From contig NC_067400.1 of assembly GCF_016432865.1 (NCBI RefSeq), positions 606,360,001 to 606,424,000 of the forward strand: a stretch of DNA of 64,000 nucleotides, written 5' to 3'. A program made the translations under genes and the position numbers. The stretch comes from Antechinus flavipes. Its lineage: Eukaryota. Positions 1 to 12,584 of this stretch are shown here, piece by piece; within the stretch, counting starts at the first letter, position 1; every line of letters starts with the position of its first letter. Below the pieces are notes generated by a model. That model did not search any database. It was not told where the DNA came from and saw only the letters and a list, made by a program, of their open reading frames with translations.

Positions 1-143
1 TGATCCTATTTGCCTCAGTTTCCATGTTTGTATAATGAATTGGAGAAGGAAATGGAATGCCAGTCCAGTTTCTTTGTCAAGAAAACTCCAAAATGGGGTC
101 ACATAGGGTTGGACAAGATTGAAGTGATTTACCAACAACAAAC
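1..143 (+). mobile_element. MAR1-type marsupial CORE-SINE, 3' part (cut by window edge)
   Basis: CORE gcctcagtttcc followed by ggagaaggaaatgg...ccaaaatggggtcac...aacaacaaa RTE-type tail. Confidence 0.8.
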
Positions 144-184
144 TCAATATTAGCTTTGTGGAAGGACCTGGTTTGGGGTTGGGT

Positions 185-343
185 TTCTTTTGATGTTTTG
201 GGTTGTTGTTTTTAGACTGAATCTCCCTATGTTCCCTAGGCTGAAAGTATGATTCAATTCCATGGATACTGCAGCTTGGAACCTACCAGCCTCAAACATC
301 TGGTAGCAGCTTCCGTGGTAGAGACACGAACCCACTACACCAT
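185..343 (-). pseudogene. 7SL RNA-derived element, Alu domain only (S domain missing), with A-rich tail
   Basis: Minus strand ggtgtagtgg..cgtgtctcta..agctgct..tgaggctgg..gttccaagctgcagt..catg matches the 7SL 5' part. cagcctagggaacatagggagattcagtct matches the 7SL 3' end CAGCCTGGGCAACATAGCGAGACCCCGTCT at 24/30 positions. Followed by aaaaacaacaacccaaaac. Confidence 0.8.
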
Positions 344-449
344 GAAATATGACCTGTACATTATTGTCTCATGGCATGGAAAAAAGCTCAGGCCATCTTG
401 ACTTGCATTTAAGACAAGCATAACTTCCAGGAATTAGGAAATGAAAAAT

Positions 450-900
450 CTCTTTATACACTTTATACATCCAGAGGATTGTGTTCAATTCTGGGCAACG
501 CATTTTAGGATGGGCAAGGTTATGATGGAGAGCATCCAAAGAAATGAAACTACATTAGCGAAAGGTCACAAGTCCATGCCAAGGAAAAATCAAGTGAAGG
601 AACTGAGGCTGTTTAGCATGGAGAAGGAAGACTCTTTGAGAGCTCATGGAAAAAGAGCGTCAGAAGGAAGAATAAAGAGCAATGGGTCAAATGTTTTAAA
701 AAATCCAATTTGGGATTGATGTGTCCAAGGGCAGAATGGAAGGCCTCTGGATTGAAGGGGCTTCCCTTTACTAGATGTCTCCAAACAAAAGTCATATGTG
801 CATGTAGTAAGTTGCTATAAAAAAAGGCTTCTGGGGGACTATGAGTTGGACTAGATGACTTTGAAAGTCTCTTCTAATTTTGATATTTTGTGATTCTCTG
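450..900 (+). mobile_element. L3/CR1 LINE 3' fragment (ORF2 C-terminus remnant and tail)
   Basis: ORF 441-719 CVQFWATHF...ESIQR...KELRLFSMEK resembles the CR1 ORF2 C-terminus (CVQFWAPHF..LERVQRRA..LKELGLFSLEKRRL). Ends in attttgtgattctctg, a CR1 ATTCTRTG-type tail. Confidence 0.85.
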
Positions 901-2660
901 GAAACAAGGCCCAGGAAGGGGGAAAGAATTTCCCAAGATTCCACAGGTGGAAAGTAATAAAGCCAGGAGTTGAACCCAGAACTACCGAATCCAAATCCAA
1001 TGTCCCGAGGGGATTCCCGTGTCAGTCCTTGATCAAGTCCAAGGGCTGGCTGGCATACATCTACCTAGTCAGAGTCAGGTTTCAATAAAGATCGCTTACC
1101 ACTCACTTCTCTCATGACCTTGGGGATTCCGGCTTTACTGATATGCATATTTTTTTTTCCTTCTTCTAAACCCATTCTTGGCGATACATCAAAACCACAT
1201 ATGGTAATTAGTACAAGTCTGTCAGGGGAAAATATGGCAGAAAAAAGGCATTCTGCTTTAGAAATCATGGCTCTGGTTTCTTAAATCAACGAATTATGAA
1301 TCGGAATTTTTCTGAATTGAAAAGACGCATACTATAAATAATAACTATTTCAAGACTCTCATGTTGAGTCCCTAATGGTATTATGAGGGCATGAGGATTA
1401 TGCTCAGGAAGATAATTACTGGAATATCAGACTCAAAACTGTAATAAAGTCTATTAAAAATGACATTAGAGAAAGAATTGTAGGATTATGGAACTTGGTG
1501 GGAGAGGACCCCACCTTCTCATGTGATATTCCCCCTGGGGGAGAATACTTTTTAAAAGACATAAATATTATGTTACAAACTCTGACTTTCTGATTCTGAC
1601 TAGGTAAACATCTTGAGGAAGTGGGGGTTTTCCTCAAAAGGAATCAGCATGACCCAAGATGGGAGTTGATATTCACCTTGGGGAAGTAAGTGAGATGCTC
1701 ATTTGGGGTTGGTCTGCTTTCCAATGGGATCCAGAGCCATGCAGTGACAGGTAAAATCAGCTCCGCAAAAGGAGGGGTAAAAACCCATTTTTCTGGGGTG
1801 ACCATGGTAATGAGCAGCTATTAGATTATAAACTCTCTTGGGATAAGGATGGATCTTATCTAAACTTTGTATCTCCCCTGGCCATTACATAGCCTTCTGA
1901 ACACTCCAGGAGATTAGTCATGTTAGCTATGTTACAAAAATAAAAGCACACACACACACATGCAAATTGAAAACCACATGACTATAAAAGCTTTCCCTGT
2001 CTTTCCCCCCAACTTTCTCAGAGTTCCTATTTCACTCTCTCTGGGGAGTAGATTGACAGAACCATTTTCATGGGCCACAAGTCCAATCTGTATCTTCTGA
2101 GCTTCCCTCTAACTCTGTTCCTAGATTTATAACCTTGGGAAATGGTTCAGACCTATCATCCCTTTCAGAAATTTATGAAGGAGTATCCCCTTCTTCCCAA
2201 GTTATGGCCCAGAGATTAAAATCCTTGATTTGAAGCCTTCCAGGTCTATCCTACATTCTGCCAACCAAAACCAAACTAATTCTATGATTAAAATCAATAA
2301 AGTATCATTTACTCTTTCATCTTCCTTGTCTCTAGTTGGATGCTTTTCTCCCTACTCAATCCGTAGGGTTCCAGAATGTTAGAAATGGGAGACACTCATT
2401 GTCATCTACTCTGTCAAAATTTTTGAGATACTCTGTTTTCCAGAAAGCAGGCTATGGCCCAAAGTTGGTATAACAATAAACTTTTGTACTCAGGATGGTA
2501 TCGCCCTCTGGTAAAGTGTATTTCTTGGATCAGTACCAGGTGTTCACTGAGGGATTTAGCTCCCCTTATTTCCCGGGGCTGTCCATCATATGTTCATAAT
2601 TCCTGTTCCCTTGTCACTGACAGGTGCTGTCCTCCTATTCCTATCACAGAACTCTGATTC

Positions 2661-2966
2661 TGTGACCACAGGGTGGTCCCAGCCCCTCAAAACTTGAAAC
2701 AATGACTGTTCTCATGAGATCAAAGAACACCTGTGTTGTCCCAAGAAATGCAAATTATGAAAACTGTCTAAAATCTAAGAATAATTGTGTTGTGAGCCAA
2801 GTCCTTTCATGTATATAAGTGGCTCCAGCATCAGCCCCAATTAAGCCCTCCTTCTTAGAAGAAGGGCTTCCACCTTCAGGTGTCATTTTCCTTTAATTAA
2901 ACTTCTGTTCACGTCTCGACTATCTTGTCTCCATCCTGCTTTGTAAACCTGGCCACCCACAGGTCA
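2661..2966 (+). mobile_element. Candidate solo LTR
   Basis: TG...CA ends with imperfect inverted termini (tgaccacagggtgg / ccacccacaggtca), TATATAA at 2812-2818, ATTAAA at 2896-2901. No TSD found. Confidence 0.45.
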
Positions 2967-3630
2967 GAGGTTAGTTCTGGTCCAGTTGACAATGCTAAAT
3001 CTCTGATTTCACAGATGAAGAAATTATAAAGTAATTACCTAGTGTCAACATTGGAATTAAAATTTAAGTTTCTTGATCTATCCTGTTTAGATTTTAAAAT
3101 TCCTTGAAGGGAAGAGCCAAGTATTCTATACTATCTTATTCCTTATAACATCATGCTTAGGGGTTGGTTGGTAAATGCTGGATGTATGCAAAAATGAATG
3201 ACATAAAAACATAAGGATATACTCATTCATATGATATATGGGTGGCATGTTCTTAAGAATTATATCCCCCTACAAGTCTATATGGAATTCAGCAGATAAT
3301 ATAACTCCTACACTGAGAAATTAGATTATCTGCTGAATTAATGTCCGATGGGTAGTTGGGTAGGAATTTTCACAAAAGAAATGGTGCTTGGGAAGATTTA
3401 ATAAAGGTGTTGAAAGAGAGGGAAGACAAAAAAGAGAGCCCAGTAGCTGTATCTAACTCCAGTTATTACCACTAAGACTCCATCTTCCTTCCATGGAGAG
3501 GATGTTACCCACAAACCGATGGGATTCCTGGGTTGCTAAGTTGTGGTTGCGAAATTTCAATCTTCTCACATTTAGTATTGAGAAGATGCCTTACTTTTAG
3601 ATTTTGAGGATCTTGCTTTCATTAATGAAT

Positions 3631-4320
3631 AAGTTATTAATACTTTCTCATCTTCACCTACTTTGCTGTGATATGCTAATATAGTTGCAAGGGGAGATGG
3701 CAAGAAAGTAGGTTCAAGGTCTGCTTTTTAAAAATTGTATTAGTTTGAAGTTTAAGGCTGACAAATTATAGGGGAAAATAAATAGAGTTGAGTGGACTAA
3801 CTCATCAATGACATACCCTAAAAGTGTGGAAAGCTGCTGTATGGAAACTGGTAATAGGAGCAAGTGGAAAGTTATTAATACCTCCTCATCTTCACCTACT
3901 TTACTGTGACATGCTAATGTCAAGGGGAGATGGCAAGAAAGTAGGTTCAGGGTCTACTTTTTAAATTGTATTAGTTTGAAGTTTAAGGCTGACAAATTAT
4001 AGGGGAAAATAAATAGAGCTGAGTGGACTGACTCATCAACAACATACCCTAGAAGTGTGGAAAGTTGTTGTATGGAAAGAGATAATAGGAGCAAATGGAA
4101 AGTTATTAATACCTCCTCATCTTCACCTACTTTGCGGTGACCTAATGATAAAGTTACAAGGGGAAGTAGTAAGAAAGTAGGCTCAGGGTCTACTTTTTAA
4201 ATTGTATTAGCTTAAAATTAAAGGTTGACAAATCATGGGGGGAAATAAATGGGGTTAAGTGGGATTGACTCATCAACTACATACCATAGAAGTGTGGAAA
4301 GTTGTGTGGAAAAATACAAT
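3631..4320. repeat. Tandem triplication, unit 231-238 bp
   Basis: aagttattaatac..ctcatcttcacctacttt starts at 3631, 3869 and 4100. Units align along their length. Confidence 0.95.
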
Positions 4321-5289
4321 AAGAGAGAATAGATTTCCTTTATGATTTCTATCTCTTGTTATAATCTTTTGCATTCTATTTTATGGAAATGTCCTTCTTT
4401 CATTTTGCTAGATTTCCTTACTAGATACCACATGATACAATCTGGCTAGGAAGGGACATTCAGAGAGAAAAAGTGGAAGCTTGCGAGCCACGCTTGAGTA
4501 AATGGTGAACCTGAATATGGGGCACTTTGCACAAAACATTGTTCAATTTTTTATTACTGGCTATACACAACACCTCAGTGAGGATGAGACAGAAGCTGGG
4601 GAAGAGTCTCTCCTTCCTATTCTCTCTCTGCTCTCCATCCCTTGAGGCTAAACAGATCCACTGGGCAGTTTGGCTATTGGATATGACAGTTTTAATGGAC
4701 TGGAAACTGAAGAAGCCTCACCAGGATAGCAAAAAATGAGCGTCTCCCTATCTTTGCCAGTCAGCCCTTTCAAGCAGCATTACAGGGAAGCTTCCTGAAC
4801 TGTCAAGGCTGATTAAGAGTTGCTTGCTATATGACTTGTCAGCAAGAAAGACAGAAGAAGAGGGAATACTCGTGCATCGTGCTCGGGGCTCATGGACTCT
4901 GTTTCTTCCTCTGGAAAAAAAAATGGGAGAGTTGGAGTAGAAGACTCCAAAGTTTCCTGGAAGCTCTAAAGATCTAGATTCTACATTGGATATATTGAGC
5001 AAATTGTATGTAACGTACAGTCTTGTTAAGTTAATTATATTTAAAACACATTAGGAGATTTTGTGATTTAAGAGGGAATTATGTTGCAAAGGGCAGAATC
5101 TTCTTGCAAATTGAATAATCACACCCTTCGTTAGCTTATTTTGTAAGTTCAGAGTTTTGCTATGTGGGTTTTTTTTTTTAAACTTGAAAATAAATTTCTG
5201 CTAACCACTTGCCAATCAAGGGAGACAAACGGCTGCCTGCCAAGAGAGATTATGGCAGGGAGCCTGGGGCTCCATGATAGAGGGAACAG

Positions 5290-5490
5290 ACTCAATGTCA
5301 GAGACTCTGAGATCTAGGAATGGAAGGAAATTCAGAGTCCTTGTGCTTAAAACCCCTTCATTTCATGGATGAGGAAACGGAGGCACAAGGAGACTATATG
5401 ATTTGCTTAGAGAGTAAGCACCAGAAGTAAAATTTGAACTCAGATCCCCTGACTCCAGAGATAATGCTGTTCCTCTTCCCAGCGCTTTAC
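5290..5490 (-). mobile_element. MIR-family SINE
   Basis: cttcatttcatggatgaggaaacggaggc...tttgaactcagatcccctgactccaga (reverse CORE). Confidence 0.75.
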
Positions 5491-5746
5491 TATCCCATTC
5501 AACTCACTCAAATCTACTTCTGGGTGGGAGAATCTCCTACATTTCTCCCTAATGTCAACCTTTGGAGGTCCAAATCAAAGTATCAGGTACTAACTCAGCA
5601 CCAGACTCACCTTTCCAGACTTTATAAGAATTGTACTTTTTTTCCTAAGAGGGTAGAAAAACCAAGTTCCTTCTTTGTTCCAATGTGTTTATAGCCTCTC
5701 TTCATTATCCCTCCCCCAACAGATTCATCTTGAACATAGAAGGAAG

Positions 5747-5900
5747 GGTGGGGCAACTAGACGATGAAGTAGATAGAGGACCTGAGTTCAAATGTGACTT
5801 CAGATATTTAATACTGCCTAGCTGTGTGACCCTGGGCAAGTCATTCAATCCCAATTGCCTCAGCATAAAAAATAAAAATTTAAAAATTTAAAAAATAAAG
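5747..5900 (+). mobile_element. WSINE1/SINE1-type marsupial SINE with A-rich tail
   Basis: ggggcaactag...gaggacctgagttcaaat...ctagctgtgtgaccctgggcaagtcattcaatcccaattgcctcag + A-rich tail. Confidence 0.85.
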
Positions 5901-6114
5901 TAGAAAGAAGAAGAATGGGAAAGTGGAAAAAACAATTCTGTGTCTTAGCTTGGGCTTTGCTGTTTACCAGTTGTTAGTAATCTTCCTTTAATTGAATCAG
6001 CTTTCTCATTTGCAAAATGGAGACAGAAATGTTGGTACTACCCAAGTATATCACAAGACTATTGATGAGGTATATAAAGTACCCCTTAAGTCTTCAAGTA
6101 TCATATGGATTCAC

Positions 6115-6500
6115 AGATTTCACATATTATAGAGTTAGAAAGGAGTGCCTTTCATTCAATCATCTTGCATGGGAAGAATTCCCATCTGGTAAGTGACTAT
6201 CTTCTGGTGTGGTTGAAAACTACCTAGAACATGGAGCTCACCACCTTTTGAGACAATGGATTCCTTGGGATGAAGCTATTTGCTAGTAAGTTTTTCTTGA
6301 CATAAAAACCGAGTCAAATCCTTCCATCTACGCTTCTTCATTCTGCCATTGAGAGCCAAGGAAAATGAATTTAATCCCTTTTCCATGTTTCATCCCTTCA
6401 AATATCATATCACTCTAAGACATCTCTTCAACTGGGCACTCAATCCCACTTCTTTCAGCTAGTCAAGATCCTTCACCATTTTGGTTGCTCTCCTTGACAT
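6115..6500 (-). mobile_element. L3/CR1 fragment
   Basis: Reverse CR1 3' region (catagagttagaaagg...gagccaaggaaaatgaatttaatccc...ccttcaccattttggttgctctcc). Confidence 0.7.
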
Positions 6501-6514
6501 TGTATGCTAGAATG

Positions 6515-6755
6515 ATCGCTGGGTGGCTCAGTGGAGAAAGAGCATTGTGCTTTTAGAACTCCTAGAGACAGGAGTTCAAAGTGAGCCTCAGACACTTACT
6601 GAGCAAGTCAGCTAACTGCTTTTAGTATCAGTTTCCTTATCTGTAAAATGGGACAATAATAGTACTTCACTCCTTCGGTTGTTATGTGAATCAAATGAGA
6701 AAATAATTGTAAAGCTGGCTCATCATAAATGCTATACAAATGTTAGTTATTATTA
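6515..6755 (+). mobile_element. MIR SINE
   Basis: tRNA-like head, CORE cagtttccttatctgtaaaatggg, tail gctatacaaatgttagttattatt. Confidence 0.8.
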
Positions 6756-6759
6756 CTTA

Positions 6760-7400
6760 AAACCTGTTATTATTTGAAAGGGCTACATATTCATGTTTTA
6801 AGAAAGGACATTAACAAACTGGATAGAACTAGCAAGAAAAGAATAATGGGGAAGAGGGGGAATTTGAAATAGACATTTATATGGCACTTACTACATACTA
6901 GGCTAGACTATGTTTACTGTTTTACAAATATTATCTCATTTGAAATAACTGAGATAGTAAAGGTGACTAAACTATGTCTTGTGAAGACTAGTTAAAAGGA
7001 TTAAAAAAAATGATTGTTGTCTTCAGATTCGATACAAGCTGATCCAAAAATCATTTAAGTCTTTGCTGTGCATGAGATAAAGTGCTAAACTCTGACAACA
7101 CAAGGACAGGAATAATGTGGCCTTCAGGAAGCTTACATTCATGACAAAGAGGGGTGGGTTTCAGTCTGTGTGACTCAGGGGTAAGAACAAAATCAGATTT
7201 GGGCTCAGTGTCAGGAAGAATTTTCTAATAATCAGGACTATCCAGGAGTGATTTGGAATTGCTTCATGAAGTAGTGAGCACCCTGTCACTGAAAGTATTT
7301 ATTTAAGTAGAATCTGGCTGATGTTAGAGAGGCTGTAGTGATGATCCTTATAAGGGACAGAGGGGTATAGTTGACCGGATGCTTAGAGAGAGAATTATTT
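6760..7400 (+). mobile_element. L3/CR1 fragments interrupted by L2/MIR pieces
   Basis: aaggacattaacaaactgga...; gaagactagttaaaagg; gggctcagtgtcaggaagaattttctaataatcag... Confidence 0.55.
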
Positions 7401-7779
7401 CATTCTCTTCTTTCTTATTTACTAGTCTCACCAGCTGTCTCAGTGCTTAAATGATCAGTCACTATGACTGTGTGTGAATTGTGTTGGGATACAAAGACAA
7501 AACAAATTCTACAAATGGATGACCAGAAAGAGAGAAGTCTCACAGAGAAGGGTGAGGGAAAATATAATCCTCTGCCACATTTCTTCTCTCGTGTTAGCAG
7601 CAAAAGTGACCAGGGGAAATTTCAGGAAGGCTTCAACCCTAGAATATACCACAAACTACAGAGAAGCTCAAGGAATGAAGATTGTCTCTCTTAAGGTGTC
7701 CTGAAAGTCTGGGAGATTTCTACTCTACCTTTTCACCATCAGCATTCTTGATGAAATCAATAGAATCAGGAGGAGAGAC

Positions 7780-8150
7780 AAAGAGATAGAAACTGAGAGA
7801 GATTGCAGAAGGGAGAGAGAGAAAAAGAAAGAAAGCACATAAAAGGGAGACTAAGGGAGAGAGGAAAAGTACAAGGGGAAAGAGGAGGTAGAGAGATGAG
7901 AAAGAGGAAAATGAGAGAAATGGTAAGGGAGAGAAGGCTCGGAAGAGGGAGAAAGAAACAGAAGGATAGAGGAAGGGAAGAATGGGAAGAGAAAAAGATA
8001 AGAGAAGAAATGAAGACAGAGAGGGAAAAAGAAAGGGGAGATACAGAGATAGAGACAACACAGAGAGAGACAGAGACAGAGACTCATACACAGAGACATA
8101 CAGAGAGAGACAGAGACACAGAAAACAGAGACAGAGAGACAAATACAGAG
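7780..8150. repeat. Compound GA-rich / (GAGACA)n low-complexity tract
   Basis: Direct reading; source of spurious ORFs 7720-8291. Confidence 0.95.
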
Positions 8151-8684
8151 ATGATCTTGGAGGAAGGGGGGTGGGGGAGGTGAGAGAATCCTTAATCCCC
8201 AGAGAAGAAATTCTCCATAACATTCAATAGCTGAATAGTTTGGAACAGGAAGTCCTTTATAACAAAACATTTTCCACATAATTTCACTCACAGACTTTGA
8301 TTGAAGAGTTTTAAATCCAAGTCCAAGCCTCCTGCCCCTCTGAGCCGATGGCGTGGCAAATGTTTAAACCTGTCCTTCTAAAAAAATGATTTCCAGTCTG
8401 CTTGCACACAGCCCATGCCCTGTTGGGTCTAAGGCAGGGTCTCTGAGTCTGCCAGGGTGGACATTCAGGGCTGAGGAACACAAGGCCAGAACTCTGGGTA
8501 CACCATTTGTTCCCTTCACTCATCTGGAGGAAATCATCCTTCTCATTGGGCTAAAAAAATTACCTGTATAAATTATGTCATGACCAATCATGCACAAGCG
8601 CCCATACACATACACACTACACACAATACACATGGACAAAGACAAAGATAGTTGGGGGGAGAGAGAGAAGAGGAGAAGAGATCA

Positions 8685-8870
8685 AGGAATCACAAATTTA
8701 GAGCTGGAAAAAGATTTCAGGGACATTTAGTCCAACTCCACCCTTTTACAGATGAGAAAATTGAAAACCCAGAGAAATTAAGTGATTTGCATGCAAGATT
8801 ACCCAGAAAGTAACGAGAGGTATTTTTTTAACCCAAGTTCATGGGCTTTTTTTACTATACAATGATGTCT
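8685..8870 (-). mobile_element. MIR-family SINE
   Basis: gagctggaaaaag...tagtccaactccaccttttacagatgagaaaattgaaa. Confidence 0.75.
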
Positions 8871-10114
8871 CCTGAATTGTCTCGGCTTTCTGAATCCTTC
8901 GTGGGCAGAAAGATTCCTGTTTCTAGCCCCAGATCAATACCCTGATATTAAAGCACAGGCTATCTTAAACATGAGTAGTGTTATTTTCCAGGAAAAAAAG
9001 ATAAGAAAGTCTCAGTTCTTACTTTAAGGAGAACAAGAACATCTTACTGTGGAGAGGCTACGGAAGTGGAATTAGAGAAATTCAGAATTCTATGATCTTT
9101 GAGTTAACAGGGACTTTGGGGGGCAAGCCATGTAGGGATATTCTCCATAGCTCCCTTGGCAGTCATCCAACCAGCCTATTCAGTGATGGGGAACTTACTA
9201 CCTCATATTGGTCCACTCTGAAATACCTTTGCTTACTGGGAAGTTCCAACAGTTATTTTTATTTATTTTTTTAAGATGTAAGATCCTCTCTCCCTACCTC
9301 AACTGTCCTTTTGAGTTATTTCATCATCCATCATCGTCAGTCTGAATCTTTGATTTCATTAATTCAGGAGACTCATCCCAAGCTTTAAGGGGGAATATAT
9401 TTCACACAATTTGTATCGGTAGAGGTATTTTTTACACTGGGATATCCTTCCACAGATGAAATCATAGGTTTTGCAATGAAAACAAAACAGTAACAAAAAA
9501 GAGCATCCTGACAAGTGACTTGTAAATTTTAGTGTCTCTAGGACATGGAGAGGATGCTTGATGTACCCATGATCTCATAGTCAGTATATGTCCAAAAAGA
9601 GACTTGAATCCAGGTCTTTCTGATTGGCCCCGAGATATCCTCTCAACTTTTTTTGTGGAGGAGGGGAAAGAAGGAGTTTTGGTCAGGGATTTATTTTGTG
9701 TGGGGAGCCCCTCAACAAGAGAACTCCCTCACTCTGAACCTCTTCTGCAGTAGAGAGTCTAAGACACAATTCTGGTACACTGAGAATTTCAGTGACTCCC
9801 TAGGACCACACAACCAGTGTATATCAGAAGCTGAATTCGAATACAAGTTTTTCTGAGACTTATCCATTATTTTACATTGCTTCACTATGACTTTAAATGT
9901 TTAAGATTCAGGGAATTTAGAAAGAAAAAGAGTCTCTTCCTATTGAAGGGACTATCATGAAAGAATGAGCAATAATAATCAGTATAATATGATTTAAATC
10001 ATAATATCAATAACAGCAACAATAATAATCATTTGAAAACAAGCCAAGCAACTTCTCAACCCAGAAGCCCTCAGATCTGGATATATTGGGAAAGTCTGAT
10101 CTTATTTTTCTTTT

Positions 10115-10590
10115 CTTTTCTTAAGCTTTTTATTTTCAAAATATATGCAAAAATAGTTTTCAACATTCACCCTTACAAAACCTTGTGTTTCAAATTTTTC
10201 TCCCTTTCTTCCCCCCAACAGAAAGTAATCCAATATAGATCAAACATGTGCAATTCTTCTATACTTATTTCCACATTTATCATGCTGCACAAAAAAAATC
10301 AGATCAAAAAGGAAAAAAAAATGAGAAAAAACACAAGCAAACAACAAAAAAGGTGAGAATATTATGTTATGAACCGCACTCAGTTCTCACAATCTCCTCT
10401 CTCTAGATGTAGATGGCTCTCATCATCACAAGATCATTGGAACTGGTCAGAATCATCTCATTGTTGAAAAGAGCCACGTCCATCAGAATTGATCATTTTA
10501 TAATATTGCTGTACCCGTGTACAATGATCTCCAGGTTCTGTTCACTTCACTCAGCAGCAGCTCATGTCAGTCTCTCCAGGTCTCTCCTGG
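10115..10590 (-). mobile_element. L1 3' end (marsupial)
   Basis: ttttcaacattcacccttacaaaaccttgtgtttc...catcacaagatcattggaactgg; reverse complement of the L1 3' UTR at 13500-13905. Confidence 0.9.
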
Positions 10591-11189
10591 TCCTCCTGCT
10601 CCTGATCTCCCTTTTCAAGAGGCCAGAGATTTAAATGGCCAATATAAGTTTGCTGAGGGCAGGGGCCCCTTTACATCACCAGAGCCTGAATCGGGGCACC
10701 TGATTCATCATTAAAGCCTGGCAAATGTTTACTGAAAATTAAGTTACATCTCGTATTGCCCCTTTACCCGCTTGTCCCCTCCCGCCTCCCTGCAGTTTTT
10801 AAGTACTTGGAAAAGGGATGTTCAGTTCAGAGGGGTTCATCCTAGAGGAGGGCTTCCCTAGAATGGGGTCCAGAGAGATAGAGACCTTCTAGAACTGAAT
10901 GTGGACATCTAGCCTTGATTGATAGATCCAATCTCTCCTTCCCTTCTTCAGCCCAAACCTCCAAACCTTGGCTAGCCTTGCACCCTTGGCACCCAGAGCC
11001 CGGTATTTAGGAATGGCCAGCCCCAAGCCCCCAGCGGGTCACCCTCCCCCACCTGAGCAGAGGCTCCTCCATCAAGGTCCTCTCCCTCCTCCCTCCCGCC
11101 TCCCGGCTCTGGCTCTGGGCTGGACAGTGTCTCTAGGTTTTTTTTGGCTGGAGCTCCAGGCCTAATTATCTCTAACCTTCTGTTCGAAG

Positions 11190-11520
11190 ATCGCTGTCCT
11201 TGCCTGATAGAAACCAGTAACTTTGTAAGCAAACTGGGTCTTAATTTTCCTTGACAGCTGGGCTTGAAGCATGTGGGCTGAGCTGGGGTGTAATGAAATG
11301 CACATTCGTACTCCAAACAAATTAAGCACAATTAAGGAGCCTGAGTTATGGGTATCTATCACTCCTCGATGTTTTTGTAAAAATTACCACATTTAGATCA
11401 AAGTCAGAGGACCCTTTCCTTAATTGCTTCATTAGGGCCCAATGCTACAGGCTTCATAAATACAGGCCCGGGTGTCTCTTTGGGAATTACTGAAAAGACG
11501 GGCTCTTGGAGTAATTGTTT
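11190..11520. promoter_or_regulatory. Candidate enhancer (homeodomain-rich, repeat-free)
   Basis: TGACAG 11252, CAGCTG 11255, AATTAAG at 11320 and 11330, TTAATTG 11420, CATTAG 11430, TCATAAA ~11455. Function is inferred. Confidence 0.5.
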
Positions 11521-11597
11521 CCATATTTCTCTCTCTCTTTCTTCCTTTTCTCTCCTTTCTTCTCCCTTTCTTTCTCTCCCTCCTTCTGCCCCTTCTA

Positions 11598-11641
<44 letters not shown>

Positions 11642-11790
11642 CATCTCTCTGTCTCTCTCTCTATGTCTCTCTGTCTCTCTTTGACTCTATTTCTGTTTCT
11701 GTCTCTCTCTCTCTTTCTCTCTCTTCTTTTTTCCCTTGTCACCATTTCTTTCTCTTCCTTTATCTCACTCCATCCCTTCCTTCCCTTCCC
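11520..11790. repeat. CT-rich compound microsatellite incl. (GTCT)n and (CT)n
   Basis: Direct reading. Confidence 0.95.
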
Positions 11791-12584
11791 ACTTGGGTGA
11801 CCCTTTCAAGCCCTTAGTGATCAAATCAGATGACTTTCAGGAAACTTAGGTCCTTTATTTCCCTCGAAAATATGTATTCTAATTATTCCTGCTCAAGGCT
11901 TACAACTAGGGCCAATGGAGGCAGTGGATGCTTGACTTCTCTGTTTTCACCTTCCCTTAGGACAGAGGAGAGTCCTGGAGCATTGGGTGCCCAGCTGGCT
12001 CACAGCCACCCCAGTCCCCAGACTCAGCTCTTCAGGAAGGTAAATATCATCTGGGAAGAGCAAGTCATTTCACTGCTTTGCAGCTCTTCCTGGAGGGTTG
12101 GACTTGATGACCTCTAAGACTGAACCCACCTTTAAGCCTGTGATCCCATGGATCCCCTTGAGAGCTAATGAATTCCAAGGCATGTCACTGTGGCTCCTTC
12201 TGTTTCTCAGGGGGAATCTTCCATATAGTGGGAGAGTTGAATAACCACCCTCGANNNNNNNNNNNNNNNNNNNNNNNNNNNNNNNNNNNNNNNNNNNNNN
12301 NNNNNNNNNNNNNNNNNNNNNNNNNNNNNNNNNNNNNNNNNNNNNNNNNNNNNNNNNNNNNNNNNNNNNNNNNNNNNNNNNNNNNNNNNNNNNNNNNNNN
12401 NNNNNNTTAAAGATTAAAAAACAAACAGAGAAAGTGATTGGGTAATCCTAGGGTAATAATGGAACTTTTTCATACAGGCTCTTTCCCCCCCTAAATTAAC
12501 AATTACAAACAAGGACAAACATTTAAATATACAAAGAAGATTGTCTATAAAATCAATAAATCTGTTAAGGAATGTGTTTGAACT

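Noticed and set aside
4527-4739. Faint resemblance of PSLEAKQIHWAVW to RTE reverse-transcriptase C-terminus
   Set aside because: Too weak to call without an HMM search
7720-8291. Long ORFs (126-167 aa) on both strands
   Set aside because: Translations of GA/CT microsatellite; same for 11404-11817, 14871-15562, 38419-39021, 40332-40923, 48730-49208
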